DNA of 64,000 bases from Gloeobacterales cyanobacterium (GTDB lineage Bacteria; Cyanobacteriota; Cyanobacteriia; Gloeobacterales; PMM-0068): NCBI GenBank assembly GCA_038245785.1, contig JBBRSB010000006.1, positions 32,001-96,000 of the forward strand, read 5' to 3'. The notes under the pieces are model-generated. The model was not told the DNA's origin and ran no database searches. It was given only the letters and a program-made list of their open reading frames with translations. A program made the translations under genes and the position numbers. Numbering within the stretch: position 1 is the first letter of the stretch; every line of letters starts with the position of its first letter. Below are positions 51,108 to 61,412 of the stretch, piece after piece.

Positions 51108-53021
51108 ATGGCAAAAGTAGTTGGCATAGATTTGGGAACCACCAACTCCGTAGTAGCAGTACTGGAGGGTGGACAACCCACCGTTATTCCCAATGCAGAA
51201 GGGAACCGCACTACGCCTTCCGTGGTGGCTTTTACCAAAGGAGGAGAGCGCTTGGTTGGGCAGATTGCCCGTCGCCAGTCTGTCTTGAACTCCGAAAACA
51301 CTTTCTATTCGGTCAAGCGTTTCATCGGTCGTAATACCGGCGAAGTAAGCACCGAAGCGAAGCAAGTGCCTTATCAGGTAAAAGACTCTGGAGGCAAGGT
51401 TAAGATTTCTAGCCCGTTGGCGGGCAAGGACATGGCCCCTGAAGAAATCTCCGCAATGGTACTTCGCAAGCTGGTGGACGACGCAAGCACTTACTTGGGT
51501 GAGAAAGTCACTCAGGCCGTAATTACAGTCCCGGCATATTTCAATGACGCTCAGCGCCAAGCGACCAAGGATGCAGGCAAGATTGCCGGTATTGATGTTC
51601 TGCGGATTATCAATGAACCAACTGCTGCTTCCCTGGCCTACGGATTAGACAGAAAAGCTAACGAAACTATCTTGGTCTTTGACCTTGGTGGTGGGACCTT
51701 CGACGTCTCTGTCTTGGAAGTTGGGGATGGCATTTTCGAAGTGAAATCTACTTCTGGGGATACTCACCTGGGAGGGGATGACTTTGATCGCCACATTGTG
51801 GACTGGATGGCCGATGAATTTAAAAAGTTGGAAGGGATTGACCTGCGCCAAGACCGTCAAGCGCTCCAGCGACTGACAGAAGCGGCTGAAAAAGCAAAGA
51901 TCGAGCTTTCTGCCGTTACCGAAACTACGATCAATCTTCCCTTCATTACGGCGACCCAGGACGGGCCCAAGCATCTAGAACTCAAGCTCACTAGAGGCAA
52001 ATTTGAAGAAATTTGTTCTGACTTGATCGAGCGTTGCCGCGTTCCGGTGCAACAGGCGCTTAAAGATGCCAAAATCTCTTTGGATCAACTGGATGAAGTC
52101 GTCCTGGTTGGCGGTTCTACTCGCATCCCAGCGGTTAAAGAGGTGGTTAAGCGGCTGACAAACAAAGAGCCGAACCAAACCGTTAACCCCGATGAAGTTG
52201 TTGCCATTGGTGCTGCGATTCAGGCTGGGGTCTTGGCTGGTGAGGTCAAGGATATTCTGCTCCTGGATGTCACTCCGCTATCCCTGGGCGTTGAAACGCT
52301 GGGTGGAGTCGCGACTAAGCTGATCCCTCGCAACACGACCATCCCTACGAAAAAGTCTGAAACCTTCTCTACGGCAGCAGATGGCCAGACTTCGGTCGAG
52401 ATCCACGTCGTCCAAGGTGAACGGGAGATGGCTGGAGATAACAAGTCTCTTGGTCGTTTCCGCCTAGACGGTATCCCTCCTGCTCCCCGAGGTGTGCCTC
52501 AAGTCGAAGTCACTTTTGACATTGATGCCAACGGGATCCTGGCTGTCGTAGCGAAAGATAAGGCTTCTGGGAAAGAGCAGAGCATCACGATCACGGGCGC
52601 TTCCACCCTCGACAAGATGGATGTGGAACGCATGGTTCGGGATGCTGAGACAAACTCAGCGGCAGATAAGCAGCGTCGGGAAGAGGTAGACCTCAAGAAC
52701 GAAGCGGACTCTCTGACTTTCTCTGCAGAACGCCAGATCAAAGAGTTCGGTGACCGTGTACCGCCAGAAGACAAGACAAAGGTGGAAACCTTAGTCACGG
52801 ATCTTCGGGCTGCGATCAATATCAATGATATAGAGAAGATCAAATCCCTTAAAGAAGAACTGCAGCAGGCTGTTTATGGCTTGTCTTCCAAGCTCTATCA
52901 GGAGTCTGGTGGCCCAACGGCCAGTGCTGAGCCCACCGGGGAACCGGGAGCAGGCCCTAGCCCGGAAGGCAAAGGTCCCGATGATGATGTAATTGACGCT
53001 GACTTTACCGAAGTTAAGTAA
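51108..53021 (+). CDS. dnaK: Chaperone DnaK
   Basis: [20 protein letters not shown]-terminal DVIDADF (DnaK2-type). Confidence 0.99.
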   Translation: MAKVVGIDLGTTNSVVAVLEGGQPTVIPNAEGNRTTPSVVAFTKGGERLVGQIARRQSVLNSENTFYSVKRFIGRNTGEVSTEAKQVPYQVKDSGGKVKISSPLAGKDMAPEEISAMVLRKLVDDASTYLGEKVTQAVITVPAYFNDAQRQATKDAGKIAGIDVLRIINEPTAASLAYGLDRKANETILVFDLGGGTFDVSVLEVGDGIFEVKSTSGDTHLGGDDFDRHIVDWMADEFKKLEGIDLRQDRQALQRLTEAAEKAKIELSAVTETTINLPFITATQDGPKHLELKLTRGKFEEICSDLIERCRVPVQQALKDAKISLDQLDEVVLVGGSTRIPAVKEVVKRLTNKEPNQTVNPDEVVAIGAAIQAGVLAGEVKDILLLDVTPLSLGVETLGGVATKLIPRNTTIPTKKSETFSTAADGQTSVEIHVVQGEREMAGDNKSLGRFRLDGIPPAPRGVPQVEVTFDIDANGILAVVAKDKASGKEQSITITGASTLDKMDVERMVRDAETNSAADKQRREEVDLKNEADSLTFSAERQIKEFGDRVPPEDKTKVETLVTDLRAAININDIEKIKSLKEELQQAVYGLSSKLYQESGGPTASAEPTGEPGAGPSPEGKGPDDDVIDADFTEVK

Positions 53022-53034
53022 GTGTCTTGATCAG

Positions 53035-53071
53035 AAAGCACTCAGAGTCACAAAGGCTCTGAGTGCTTTTT
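53035..53071 (+). terminator. Rho-independent terminator after dnaK
   Basis: AAAGCACTCAGAGTC-acaaa-GGCTCTGAGTGCTTT followed by TT. Confidence 0.88.
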
Positions 53072-53092
53072 AGCGAATACAATACAAAGACT

Positions 53093-53566
53093 ATGCGCAT
53101 TGGTAATGGCTACGATATTCATCGGCTTGTAGAAGGCCGTGACCTGATTCTGGGGGGGGTCCTCATCCCTTTTCAAAAAGGACTCTTGGGGCATAGTGAT
53201 GCAGATGTTCTAACCCACGCAATCATGGATGCTCTTTTAGGAGCATTGGCTTTAGGCGATATCGGTCAATACTTTCCTCCGACCGATGAACAATGGCGGG
53301 GAGCCAATAGTCTTGTGCTTTTGCAAAAAGTGATGGAATTGGTCCAAACCCGTGGCTACTGCGTTCGTAATGTAGATACGATAATCGTGGCAGAAGCTCC
53401 AAAAATGCGTCCACACATTATCCATATTCAAGAAAAGCTAGCCACCGCGATGGGAATTACTATTCAACAAGTAGGGGTAAAAGCAACGACGCAGGAAGGC
53501 TTAGGGCCTATTGGGGAAGGACAAGCAATCTGTGCCTATGCAGTTGTCCTTTTGGAAGAATGCTAA
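53093..53566 (+). CDS. ispF: 2-C-methyl-D-erythritol 2,4-cyclodiphosphate synthase
   Basis: [29 protein letters not shown]. Confidence 0.97.
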   Translation: MRIGNGYDIHRLVEGRDLILGGVLIPFQKGLLGHSDADVLTHAIMDALLGALALGDIGQYFPPTDEQWRGANSLVLLQKVMELVQTRGYCVRNVDTIIVAEAPKMRPHIIHIQEKLATAMGITIQQVGVKATTQEGLGPIGEGQAICAYAVVLLEEC

Positions 53567-53652
53567 CGCATGACTATTTTGTAAAACAAAATGCATCAGC
53601 ATTGAGCTAAGTTTGTTGGCTAGTTGTCCCTAACGAATCGTAAAAGGTTGTC

Positions 53653-54618
53653 ATGACCATGCCTCAGCCTGAGACTACTCCTGATTTAGGTATTTTGCAG
53701 CCTGAAGATTATGATTTGAAGCAGGTCCGTTGGGTCCTGTGGCTTACCCTTGGCCTCAATATCCTGGTGATGTTGGTTAAAGCATTCCTCGGTTTCTCTG
53801 CGGGGTCTTTGAGTCTTTTAGCAGATGCCCTGCATTCCTTTACAGATTCCGGTAGCAATGTTTTGGGCTTAACAGCGCTGTCTATGGCCTCCCCTTCGCC
53901 TGATGCAGACCATCCATACGGGCATCAAAAATTTGAAACCTTGGGAACCATAGGAGTCGTCAGTTTTTTGTGCTTCGCCTGTTATGAGATTGTCCGGATG
54001 GCTGTGGAGCGACTAGCGGGAGGAACGCCGCCAAAGCTAACAGCCGGGACTTTTATCGGGTTAGGACTGGTCTTTGCAGTCAATGTCTTTACGGCTTGGT
54101 ATGAGCATCGGGAAGGACACCGCTTGGGCAGTGAGTTCTTGATCGCCGATGCGGCCCATACTCAGAGCGATATTTGGGTGACGATCTTAGTGGCGTCTGG
54201 GCTGATCGGAGTTTGGTTAGGGGTTCCTTGGCTAGATGTTGCGCTCTGTTTTCCAGTAGCAGCGCTGGTGCTTAAGAGCGCTTGGGATATCCTTCAACGC
54301 AACATTCCTCTTCTCGTAGACGAAGCAGCCCTAGACTATCGAGAAGTGGCTCAGGTAGTCATGCAAGAGCCAGGCGTAGTGGATTGTCATGATGTAGCTA
54401 CCCGTGGGCAACATGGTAAACGATTATTTATCGAACTGCATATTACGGTTGCTCCCCAGATGTCTGTGGCAGAAGCTCATATCCTGACCGAACGCTTAGA
54501 AGAGCGTTTGCACAGAAAGTTTGGCTCTGCTCGGATTACAACCCATGTAGAACCGAGTACGGTACTCAAAGATGTCAATCATGAATACCATCTGGATTTT
54601 GGTAATCAGAAATCCTAG
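53653..54618 (+). CDS. Cation diffusion facilitator (FieF-like) transporter
   Basis: LLADALHSFTD, HPYGHQKFE, DAAHTQSD, C-terminal HVEP. Confidence 0.93.
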   Translation: MTMPQPETTPDLGILQPEDYDLKQVRWVLWLTLGLNILVMLVKAFLGFSAGSLSLLADALHSFTDSGSNVLGLTALSMASPSPDADHPYGHQKFETLGTIGVVSFLCFACYEIVRMAVERLAGGTPPKLTAGTFIGLGLVFAVNVFTAWYEHREGHRLGSEFLIADAAHTQSDIWVTILVASGLIGVWLGVPWLDVALCFPVAALVLKSAWDILQRNIPLLVDEAALDYREVAQVVMQEPGVVDCHDVATRGQHGKRLFIELHITVAPQMSVAEAHILTERLEERLHRKFGSARITTHVEPSTVLKDVNHEYHLDFGNQKS

Positions 54619-55559
54619 TCGTCTCGATGAGCTTCCCACCAGGCAATAGTCCGCTTCAAACCTTCTCTAAAGGACATTTGTGCCTTGAAACCAAAAAGTT
54701 TTTCTGCTTTTTGGGTATCTAGACAACGGCGGGGTTGACCATTAGGTTTATCGGCTTGCCACTGAATTTTGCCTTCGAATTCCATCAAGTCTGCGAGCAT
54801 CTCGACCAAGTCTTTGATCGAGATTTCGTAGTTGGTACCTAGGTTGACAGGCTCTGAACCATCGTAATGCTCCGTCGCCATGACAATCCCTCGCGCCGCA
54901 TCCTCAACATAGAGAAACTCGCGGGTTGGAGAGCCATCTCCCCAAACAGCGACGACATCATCTTTGCGTTGCTTGGCTTCATCGAGCTTGCGGATCAAAG
55001 CCGGGATCACATGGGAAGAATCAGGATTGAAGTTATCCCAAGGACCGTAAAGATTTACGGGAAGGAGATAGACCCCAGACAATCCATATTGCTGACGGTA
55101 GGCATCCAATTGGACCAACAGTGCTTTTTTGGCTATGCCATAGGGGGCGTTGGTTTCCTCCGGATAACCATTCCAAAGATCTTCTTCTTTGAAGGGGACA
55201 GGGGTAAATTTAGGATAGGCACAAATAGTGCCGACCACGACAACTTTGCTAAGCCCTGTCAGATGAGCCTGATGAATTAGGTTCACGCCCATCATCAGGT
55301 TGTCATAGAACAATTCTCCCGGTTTTTTTTGATTTAAACCGATGCCACCCACATGGGCAGCTAGGTGAATCGCAACATCTTTACCAGCCAAAGCCGATTT
55401 GCAGTTTGCTTCTAAACGCAGGTCACAGTCTTTGGAGCGAGGGGTGGAAATATTAGCCGGGTCAGCCCCGGCTTCAATCAAGGATTGAACAACGTGGCGA
55501 CCCAAAAAACCAGAACCGCCACTGACTAGAATATTCTTTCCTGCTAAGTCCATTGTCAT
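54615..55559 (-). CDS. fcl: GDP-L-fucose synthase
   Basis: GGSGFLG, HLAAHVGGIG, YGIAK, PVNLYGP, SHVIPALI. Confidence 0.95.
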   Translation of the reverse strand: MTMDLAGKNILVSGGSGFLGRHVVQSLIEAGADPANISTPRSKDCDLRLEANCKSALAGKDVAIHLAAHVGGIGLNQKKPGELFYDNLMMGVNLIHQAHLTGLSKVVVVGTICAYPKFTPVPFKEEDLWNGYPEETNAPYGIAKKALLVQLDAYRQQYGLSGVYLLPVNLYGPWDNFNPDSSHVIPALIRKLDEAKQRKDDVVAVWGDGSPTREFLYVEDAARGIVMATEHYDGSEPVNLGTNYEISIKDLVEMLADLMEFEGKIQWQADKPNGQPRRCLDTQKAEKLFGFKAQMSFREGLKRTIAWWEAHRDD

Positions 55560-56662
55560 TACCCTACAACCCCGTCCGCAACAGCACTGCCAGAGCGAAC
55601 TAAAGCTCTGTCACTACGAGGTTTACCAGATATGCCCATTGCTTGCAGGTCAGCATCTACCATCAACTCTACGAGCTCGGTGAAACTCGTACGCAACTTC
55701 CAATTTAGTTTGGTCTTGGCCTTCGTGGGGTTGCCTAAGAGCAGGTCTACTTCTGTGGGCCGGAAATAGCGGGGATCGATCTTAATCAGAGTCTTACCGG
55801 TCTCCGCGTGCAGTCCTTGTTCTTCGACTCCAGAGCCTTTCCACTCCAAAGGAATTCCTGCTCGCGTAAAGGCTAATTCGCAAAACTCTCGAACACTGTG
55901 GGTTTCCCCGGTGGCGATTACATAGTCGTCGGCTTCAGGCTGTTGCAGCATCAGCCACATGGCCTCTACATAGTCTTTGGCATAGCCCCAATCCCGCTTG
56001 GCATCTAAATTACCTAGATACATAAGGTCTTGCTCTCCAGCGGCAATACGGGCCAGAGAACGCGTAATTTTGCGAGTGACGAAGGTTTCACCACGACGAG
56101 GAGATTCATGGTTGAACAAAATACCGTTGGAAGCATGCATGTTGTAGGCTTCCCGGTAGTTTACAGTTAGCCAAAAACTATAGACTTTGGCAACTCCATA
56201 GGGAGAACGAGGATAGAAGGGCGTATCTTCGTCTTGAGGCACAGCGAGCACTTTGCCATACATTTCAGAGCTGGAAGCCTGATAGAAGCGAATGTTTGAG
56301 TCAACCGTGCGAATGGTCTCCAGGAGCCGAGTCGTACCCAGTCCTGTGGTATCTCCAGTGTATTCTGGCTCATCAAAGCTCACCCGGACATGGGACTGAG
56401 CAGCCAAATGATAAACTTCCTCAGGCTGCGTGTTGGAGACTACGCGAAAGATTGATTGAGCGTCGGTCAGGTCGCCGTAGTGCAAGAAAAGCTTGGTATC
56501 AGGGAGATGGGGGTCTCTGTAGAGATGATCGATCCGGTCTGTGCTGAACGTGCTGCTGCGGCGGATAATACCGTGGACCTCATAGCCTTTCCCTAACAGA
56601 AGTTCGGCTAAATAAGAGCCATCTTGGCCTGTGATTCCAGTGATGAGAGCACGCTTTGACAT
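55559..56662 (-). CDS. gmd: GDP-mannose 4,6-dehydratase
   Basis: [39 protein letters not shown]. Confidence 0.98.
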   Translation of the reverse strand: MSKRALITGITGQDGSYLAELLLGKGYEVHGIIRRSSTFSTDRIDHLYRDPHLPDTKLFLHYGDLTDAQSIFRVVSNTQPEEVYHLAAQSHVRVSFDEPEYTGDTTGLGTTRLLETIRTVDSNIRFYQASSSEMYGKVLAVPQDEDTPFYPRSPYGVAKVYSFWLTVNYREAYNMHASNGILFNHESPRRGETFVTRKITRSLARIAAGEQDLMYLGNLDAKRDWGYAKDYVEAMWLMLQQPEADDYVIATGETHSVREFCELAFTRAGIPLEWKGSGVEEQGLHAETGKTLIKIDPRYFRPTEVDLLLGNPTKAKTKLNWKLRTSFTELVELMVDADLQAMGISGKPRSDRALVRSGSAVADGVVG

Positions 56663-56849
56663 GTCTGAAGTCCTACGAGTAATGGGGCGAGAGATAGAGC
56701 AATTACTCAGAGGAAAACCATAAGCCTCCGCTGACTAATACTCTTACAAGAACTGTTATTAGGATGCAATCTATCCTACATTCTCACAAGTACCATCCGT
56801 GCCTCCCTTAGGCTGTATAAGGTTACGGTGAACGATGAAGAAATCTTCC

Positions 56850-57815
56850 CTATATTCTCCCTCGGGCAATACGTCCGAGAAGAGCACCTTCAGCGACACT
56901 TGGATTGACTCTAAGCGTGAACAGATAACCTTCGCTGGGCATAGTTATCTCTACTGAAGCAAGGGTCACCGGATTGATGATGTGTCCCAGTATCTGGCGT
57001 GCATATACCTGTTGGCCTACGTCGATACCTTCCACTGGAACAAATAGACCCCCTAGAGGAGCACTGATATGGTCAACTCCTGTTTCGGAAACGATCATGG
57101 CCCGGCGTCTAGGTGGGAGCGGACGGTCTGTTTGGAGAATATTTAAGGCGACACAGAGCCTGAGAATTCCTTCATAGATACGCTCTGCCCAACGACGAAC
57201 AATTCTGCGGCCTGTTCCAGTTTCTAAGACTAAAACTTGCTTTTGTTTTTCATAAAGAGATTTGGCAAGGCTACCTGCAATCCAGTTTTGAGCAGAGTGG
57301 GTCCACACCAAATCCAGGCCCATGACTTTTGCGTCTTCCAAGGCGGTTCGTTCTTCTACGACCCGCAGTTGAGGAACTTCCTTCAGAAAACTATTGGAGC
57401 TGTGAATATCTAGACAGACATCAGCCGTCAGGCACTCATAGATGACCGCCGCCGTTATCTGTTCTTCAAGTACGCCTTGAGCGTTACCAGGAAAATTGCG
57501 GTTGAGATCACAGTTGCTCAAGGGAAAAAGTCGCTCTCCTAGAACAGTTCCCCAGGGATTTACGTTCGGAAGCAGCGTAATGCTCCCTTTTAAGCGCCAT
57601 CCTTTAGGGAGGTCTTGCAAAAACTGATGAAGTAGCGCACAGACATAGGCCCCATCCAATTCATCGCCGTGCAGTCCAGTAATGATTACTAAAGACTCTG
57701 GACCAGGATCCGTCGAAGGCTGGTATCGGTGCCGCCATAGCGCTACCGTCTGGCTAAAAGGAAGTTCTAGCGAGAGAATACACTCTGTTTTATGCACGAC
57801 AGAACTCTTGGCCAT
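56850..57815 (-). CDS. M14/AstE-AspA family zinc desuccinylase/deacylase
   Basis: GLHGDE, DLNRNFPG, DIHS, ETG. Confidence 0.88.
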   Translation of the reverse strand: MAKSSVVHKTECILSLELPFSQTVALWRHRYQPSTDPGPESLVIITGLHGDELDGAYVCALLHQFLQDLPKGWRLKGSITLLPNVNPWGTVLGERLFPLSNCDLNRNFPGNAQGVLEEQITAAVIYECLTADVCLDIHSSNSFLKEVPQLRVVEERTALEDAKVMGLDLVWTHSAQNWIAGSLAKSLYEKQKQVLVLETGTGRRIVRRWAERIYEGILRLCVALNILQTDRPLPPRRRAMIVSETGVDHISAPLGGLFVPVEGIDVGQQVYARQILGHIINPVTLASVEITMPSEGYLFTLRVNPSVAEGALLGRIARGRI

Positions 57816-57860
57816 AGAAAAAACGACAGGCTATTACCCAAGGATTATCCCAGTTGCTGG

Positions 57861-58421
57861 TTACTCATGAGTTATGCCGTTCGGCATAATCGCCCAGTGC
57901 AAGTCTATCTTTGACATTTCCAGTCGAGCTAGGTCTAGTTGGGTTTTTCTCAAGTTTGCTCCACGAAGAATAGTCCCATTCAATTTGGTATCCATAAGGT
58001 TGGCCTTGCTGAGGTCAGCCCCGCTGAGGTTTGCTCCCGTGAGATCAGCCCAGCTCAAGTCCGCTTCACTGAGGTCGGCTTCCGTCAGTTCTGCCTGCTC
58101 CAAATAAGCTCCGCGCAAGGTAGCAAGCCTTAGTTTTGTATTGAGTAAATTAGCCCCATGCAGATTCGCTCCTGTCAGATTGGCCCCACTAAAATTGGTG
58201 CTACTCAAGTTAGCCTGTCTAAAATCAACGCCACTTAGATCGGCACCACTAAAATCAGCACCTCTCAAATCAGTTCTCCACAGTCTGGCCCCGCTTAGGT
58301 CAATTTCCCGGAAAATCCGCTCTCCCTGAGCGTAGCGTTTTAGAATTTCATTAGCATCGATCATTGCTCGATTCGCCCACCATTCTGAAGGCGAAAACAT
58401 CATCGGGGAATCCATAGACAA
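57861..58421 (-). CDS. Pentapeptide repeat protein
   Basis: Tandem A(D/N)LSG repeats, YAQGERIF N-cap, AIMPNG end; start may be 58415 or 58364. Confidence 0.92.
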   Translation of the reverse strand: MSMDSPMMFSPSEWWANRAMIDANEILKRYAQGERIFREIDLSGARLWRTDLRGADFSGADLSGVDFRQANLSSTNFSGANLTGANLHGANLLNTKLRLATLRGAYLEQAELTEADLSEADLSWADLTGANLSGADLSKANLMDTKLNGTILRGANLRKTQLDLARLEMSKIDLHWAIMPNGITHE

Positions 58422-58437
58422 CCTCTTTGAGGGGACT

Positions 58438-58785
58438 TTAATCTAGAGTGACTAGAACGTCCTCGCCCCTCACTTGGACTGGATAACAAGGGATAGATCG
58501 AACATCCTGTTTAAGAAAAGCCAGGTCAGTAGGATAGACATTGCGGGGATAAAGGTTTTCTCCAGTCTTGACATCGTAGAGATAGTGATGCCAAGGGCAT
58601 TCCAGCGTACCCCCCCACAATTTCCCTTCGACCAGAGGAGCCGCTTTGTGGGGGCAACGGCTATCTAAAGCATAGAACGCTCCCTCTATATGGACCAGAA
58701 GCACCTGCCGCCCCTGAAAAGCAAAGGTCTGCATCGTGCCTGGCGCGAGGCTACGGACCTGAGCAATTTTAATGAACTGAGGCAT
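58438..58785 (-). CDS. Rieske [2Fe-2S] ferredoxin
   Basis: CPH...CPWH ligand boxes; GGAGG RBS. Confidence 0.92.
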   Translation of the reverse strand: MPQFIKIAQVRSLAPGTMQTFAFQGRQVLLVHIEGAFYALDSRCPHKAAPLVEGKLWGGTLECPWHHYLYDVKTGENLYPRNVYPTDLAFLKQDVRSIPCYPVQVRGEDVLVTLD

Positions 58786-58801
58786 ACACCTAGTCCCTCC
58801 T

Positions 58802-58839
58802 CCCCTCTGAGCGAATGCTAGTTGATTTGCTCAAAGGGG
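58802..58839 (-). promoter_or_regulatory. Intercistronic stem-loop between dpsL and the Rieske gene
   Basis: Minus strand CCCCTTTGAGCAAAT-N8-ATTCGCTCAGAGGGG, no U-tail, abuts the downstream RBS. Confidence 0.55.
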
Positions 58840-58848
58840 CAAGACCTA

Positions 58849-59427
58849 CTAATTCCGGCTGTGACCTTTGGGTACGACCAGGAAACGGGAAGTATAGGGG
58901 GATTCGCCTGGGGTACCACGACGGAAGTGACCGGAGGGTCCTTCGCCAAGATATTCGGAGAACCATGCCTCATGCTCGATTTCCTCATTGAGAATGGCTA
59001 AGGCCAGCTCATAGGTCCGATGGTCTTTGCCAAAGGTCATCTCACAAATATCGGTATAGACCCTCACGGCACAACGTTCAGCTCCCACCAAGACCTTGAG
59101 CATCTCTTTCATGTCTTGAGGGTCCTGAGGCAGATAGGCATCTGGGCAGGCCGCCTCCGAGGCAAAATCCCGTAGATCGCGGGGAAGTTCTCCTCCCAAT
59201 TCATAGATCCTTGGAAGCAAAGCTTCAAAGTGATTACGGTCTTCCAGACGTGCATCCTCAATAATCTCTTTCAGCCCCTCACCATCGAAGCCAATCGCAT
59301 TCACCCGCAGGATGGTGTAGTAGTAATAGGTCGTAAACTCAGCTGCTGCTGCACGGACTAACTTTTTTCTCAACTCATCGATATCAACACCAGCATTCTG
59401 GACAACTTCCTGTGCAACCTTCGCCAT
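58849..59427 (-). CDS. dpsL: DPS-like (DPSL/thioferritin) ferritin-superfamily protein
   Basis: [49 protein letters not shown]: di-iron ligands plus the two thioferritin cysteines. Confidence 0.88.
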   Translation of the reverse strand: MAKVAQEVVQNAGVDIDELRKKLVRAAAAEFTTYYYYTILRVNAIGFDGEGLKEIIEDARLEDRNHFEALLPRIYELGGELPRDLRDFASEAACPDAYLPQDPQDMKEMLKVLVGAERCAVRVYTDICEMTFGKDHRTYELALAILNEEIEHEAWFSEYLGEGPSGHFRRGTPGESPYTSRFLVVPKGHSRN

Positions 59428-59658
59428 GATCTTCCTCCTTAAAAACAGGTCAAGAAAGATTCTGCTTAGTAGCTACAGGGCCAGGACTCACTCACACTAG
59501 GGCCGCAGCCGCTAAGCGAAGTCATACTGAATACAATTTACATCAGGCTATGGTCAAGGCCATGAGTACCATTGCTTACGCTCACAGATCTTCTTAAAGG
59601 ACTCAATTAGCGATCAACCCGTAGTCTTGCCTTCAATGTAGTTTTCGAGCTTATAAAA

Positions 59659-59674
59659 TGTAAAAATTTTTACA
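59659..59674. promoter_or_regulatory. NtcA-type binding site (tGTA-N8-TACa)
   Basis: Perfect palindrome TGTAAAAATTTTTACA; TAAATT (TAN3T) 21 nt downstream on the + strand. Confidence 0.6.
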
Positions 59675-59871
59675 AAAAAAGTTAAAAGAATCTATAAATT
59701 TCTACCTAGAGAGGGAGAGTGAAATGAGCGCGCACTCGAAACCTCGGGTATCCTAATAGCCTGAGACCTTCAGGGAAAGGCAATGCTGCCTGGCCTAGCT
59801 GCCTATTGCCAAAGACCTGATCTTTCCGTTAAGATGTACTCATTATGACTTCGACTAAAGGAAAGTAAATT

Positions 59872-61254
59872 ATGGTTGAAAACTTAGTCATCATCGGGTC
59901 TGGTCCTGCTGGCTATACAGCGGCTATCTACGCGGGGCGGGCAAATCTAAAACCTCTGGTGTTCGAAGGTTTTCAGGCAGGAGGCATCCCCGGTGGCCAA
60001 TTAATGACTACCACTGAAGTCGAAAATTTCCCTGGTTTTCCTGAAGGGATTCAGGGGCCAGATCTAATGCATCGTACCCGTGCCCAGGCAGAACGTTGGG
60101 GGGCAGAAATCATCACAGAAGATGTTGTCTCGGTAGACCTGAGTAAGCGTCCTTTCACCGTTAAGTCGGAAACGCTGGAAGTCCAAGCCCATAGCATCAT
60201 TATTGCTACTGGAGCCACGGCCAAACGGCTAAACCTGCCTGGGGAAGAAGAATTCTGGAACAAGGGGATCTCAGCCTGCGCTATCTGTGATGGCACGATT
60301 CCAATATTCCGTAATGCAGAGCTGGCGATTATTGGCGGAGGGGATACAGCCGCAGAAGAAGCTGTTTATCTGACAAAGTACGGCTCTAGGGTGCACATGC
60401 TCGTCCGTAGAGACCAGATGCGCGCTTCTAAAGCGATGCAAGATAGGGTTCTGCGTCATCACAAAATCAAAGTCCACTGGAACACCACGCCTCTTGCTGT
60501 TTACGGAGATGATGTGGTAAAAGGCATCAAAATCCAAAATACGCAGACAGAAGAAGTTTCCGATCTTCCAGTCCGGGGGCTGTTCTATGCAGTGGGTCAC
60601 ACTCCTAATACCAACGTATTTAAAGGGCAAATTGCTCTGGACGAAGTGGGCTACATCGTCACCGAAGGTAAATCCGTCGAAACCAGTGTAGAAGGAGTCT
60701 TTGCCGCCGGTGATGTACAGGACCACGAATACCGCCAAGCAGTTACAGCAGCAGGTACAGGCTGTATGGCCGCCTTACTCGCAGAACGATGGTTGTCGGC
60801 TCAGGGTCTACTCCAAGAGCATCATTCGGCAAAAGAGACCACCGAGACTACAACCGCTCACGTAGAGCCGGAGCCCAAGTCAGAACAGCCAGAAACCCAA
60901 GCTAGTGTTCCGGCTTCAGAGCATTTCTCCTTGAACGAGACGTTCTTTGAGGGAGGCTACGCCCTAAGAAAGCTTTACCATGAGTCTGACAAGCTGATTA
61001 TGGTCAAGTATGGTGCACCCGAATGTGGTCCTTGCCATATGCTCAAACCAATTCTCAAGAAAGTAGCTTCGGAGTTTGAAGGCAAGCTTCATGCTGTAGA
61101 GATCGACATCGAAGCCGAGCCGGAAATGGCTGAAGCCACAGGAGTGACGGGGACTCCTACGGTGATGTTTTTCAAAAATAAAGAAATGGTCAGCCGTCTG
61201 GTGGGAATGAAACCGAAGAAGGAGTATCAGGAAATCATCCTGAAGCACCTTTAA
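59872..61254 (+). CDS. ntrC: NADPH-thioredoxin reductase C (TrxB fused to thioredoxin)
   Basis: GSGPAG, CAICDG, GGGDTA, C-terminal Trx domain with CGPC (symbol denotes NTRC, not the nitrogen regulator). Confidence 0.95.
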   Translation: MVENLVIIGSGPAGYTAAIYAGRANLKPLVFEGFQAGGIPGGQLMTTTEVENFPGFPEGIQGPDLMHRTRAQAERWGAEIITEDVVSVDLSKRPFTVKSETLEVQAHSIIIATGATAKRLNLPGEEEFWNKGISACAICDGTIPIFRNAELAIIGGGDTAAEEAVYLTKYGSRVHMLVRRDQMRASKAMQDRVLRHHKIKVHWNTTPLAVYGDDVVKGIKIQNTQTEEVSDLPVRGLFYAVGHTPNTNVFKGQIALDEVGYIVTEGKSVETSVEGVFAAGDVQDHEYRQAVTAAGTGCMAALLAERWLSAQGLLQEHHSAKETTETTTAHVEPEPKSEQPETQASVPASEHFSLNETFFEGGYALRKLYHESDKLIMVKYGAPECGPCHMLKPILKKVASEFEGKLHAVEIDIEAEPEMAEATGVTGTPTVMFFKNKEMVSRLVGMKPKKEYQEIILKHL

Positions 61255-61412
61255 GGACCTTCGTTGTCCCCAGTCGAGATCTTCACGCTCTAGACCCTTG
61301 GCTGGAGCGTGAATTTTTATAGACACAGCGCTCAGGTAGAGAGTGTGGCAGAATTACTCCGGGTCCATCATTTATATCTTGATTACCTAGCCCTACTCTT
61401 CTGAGCTTCTTC

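Noticed and set aside
51063..52843. Several long antisense ORFs over dnaK
   Set aside because: Well-known shadow frames opposite hsp70 genes caused by codon bias; no independent RBS or domain
57861..58330. Repetitive DNA and antisense SAPLR-repeat ORFs
   Set aside because: Explained by the pentapeptide-repeat coding sequence; not CRISPR or separate genes
59710..59815. Possible glycine riboswitch upstream of NTRC
   Set aside because: Only scattered GGAGAG/TCAGG fragments; the core fold could not be built and the gene context does not fit
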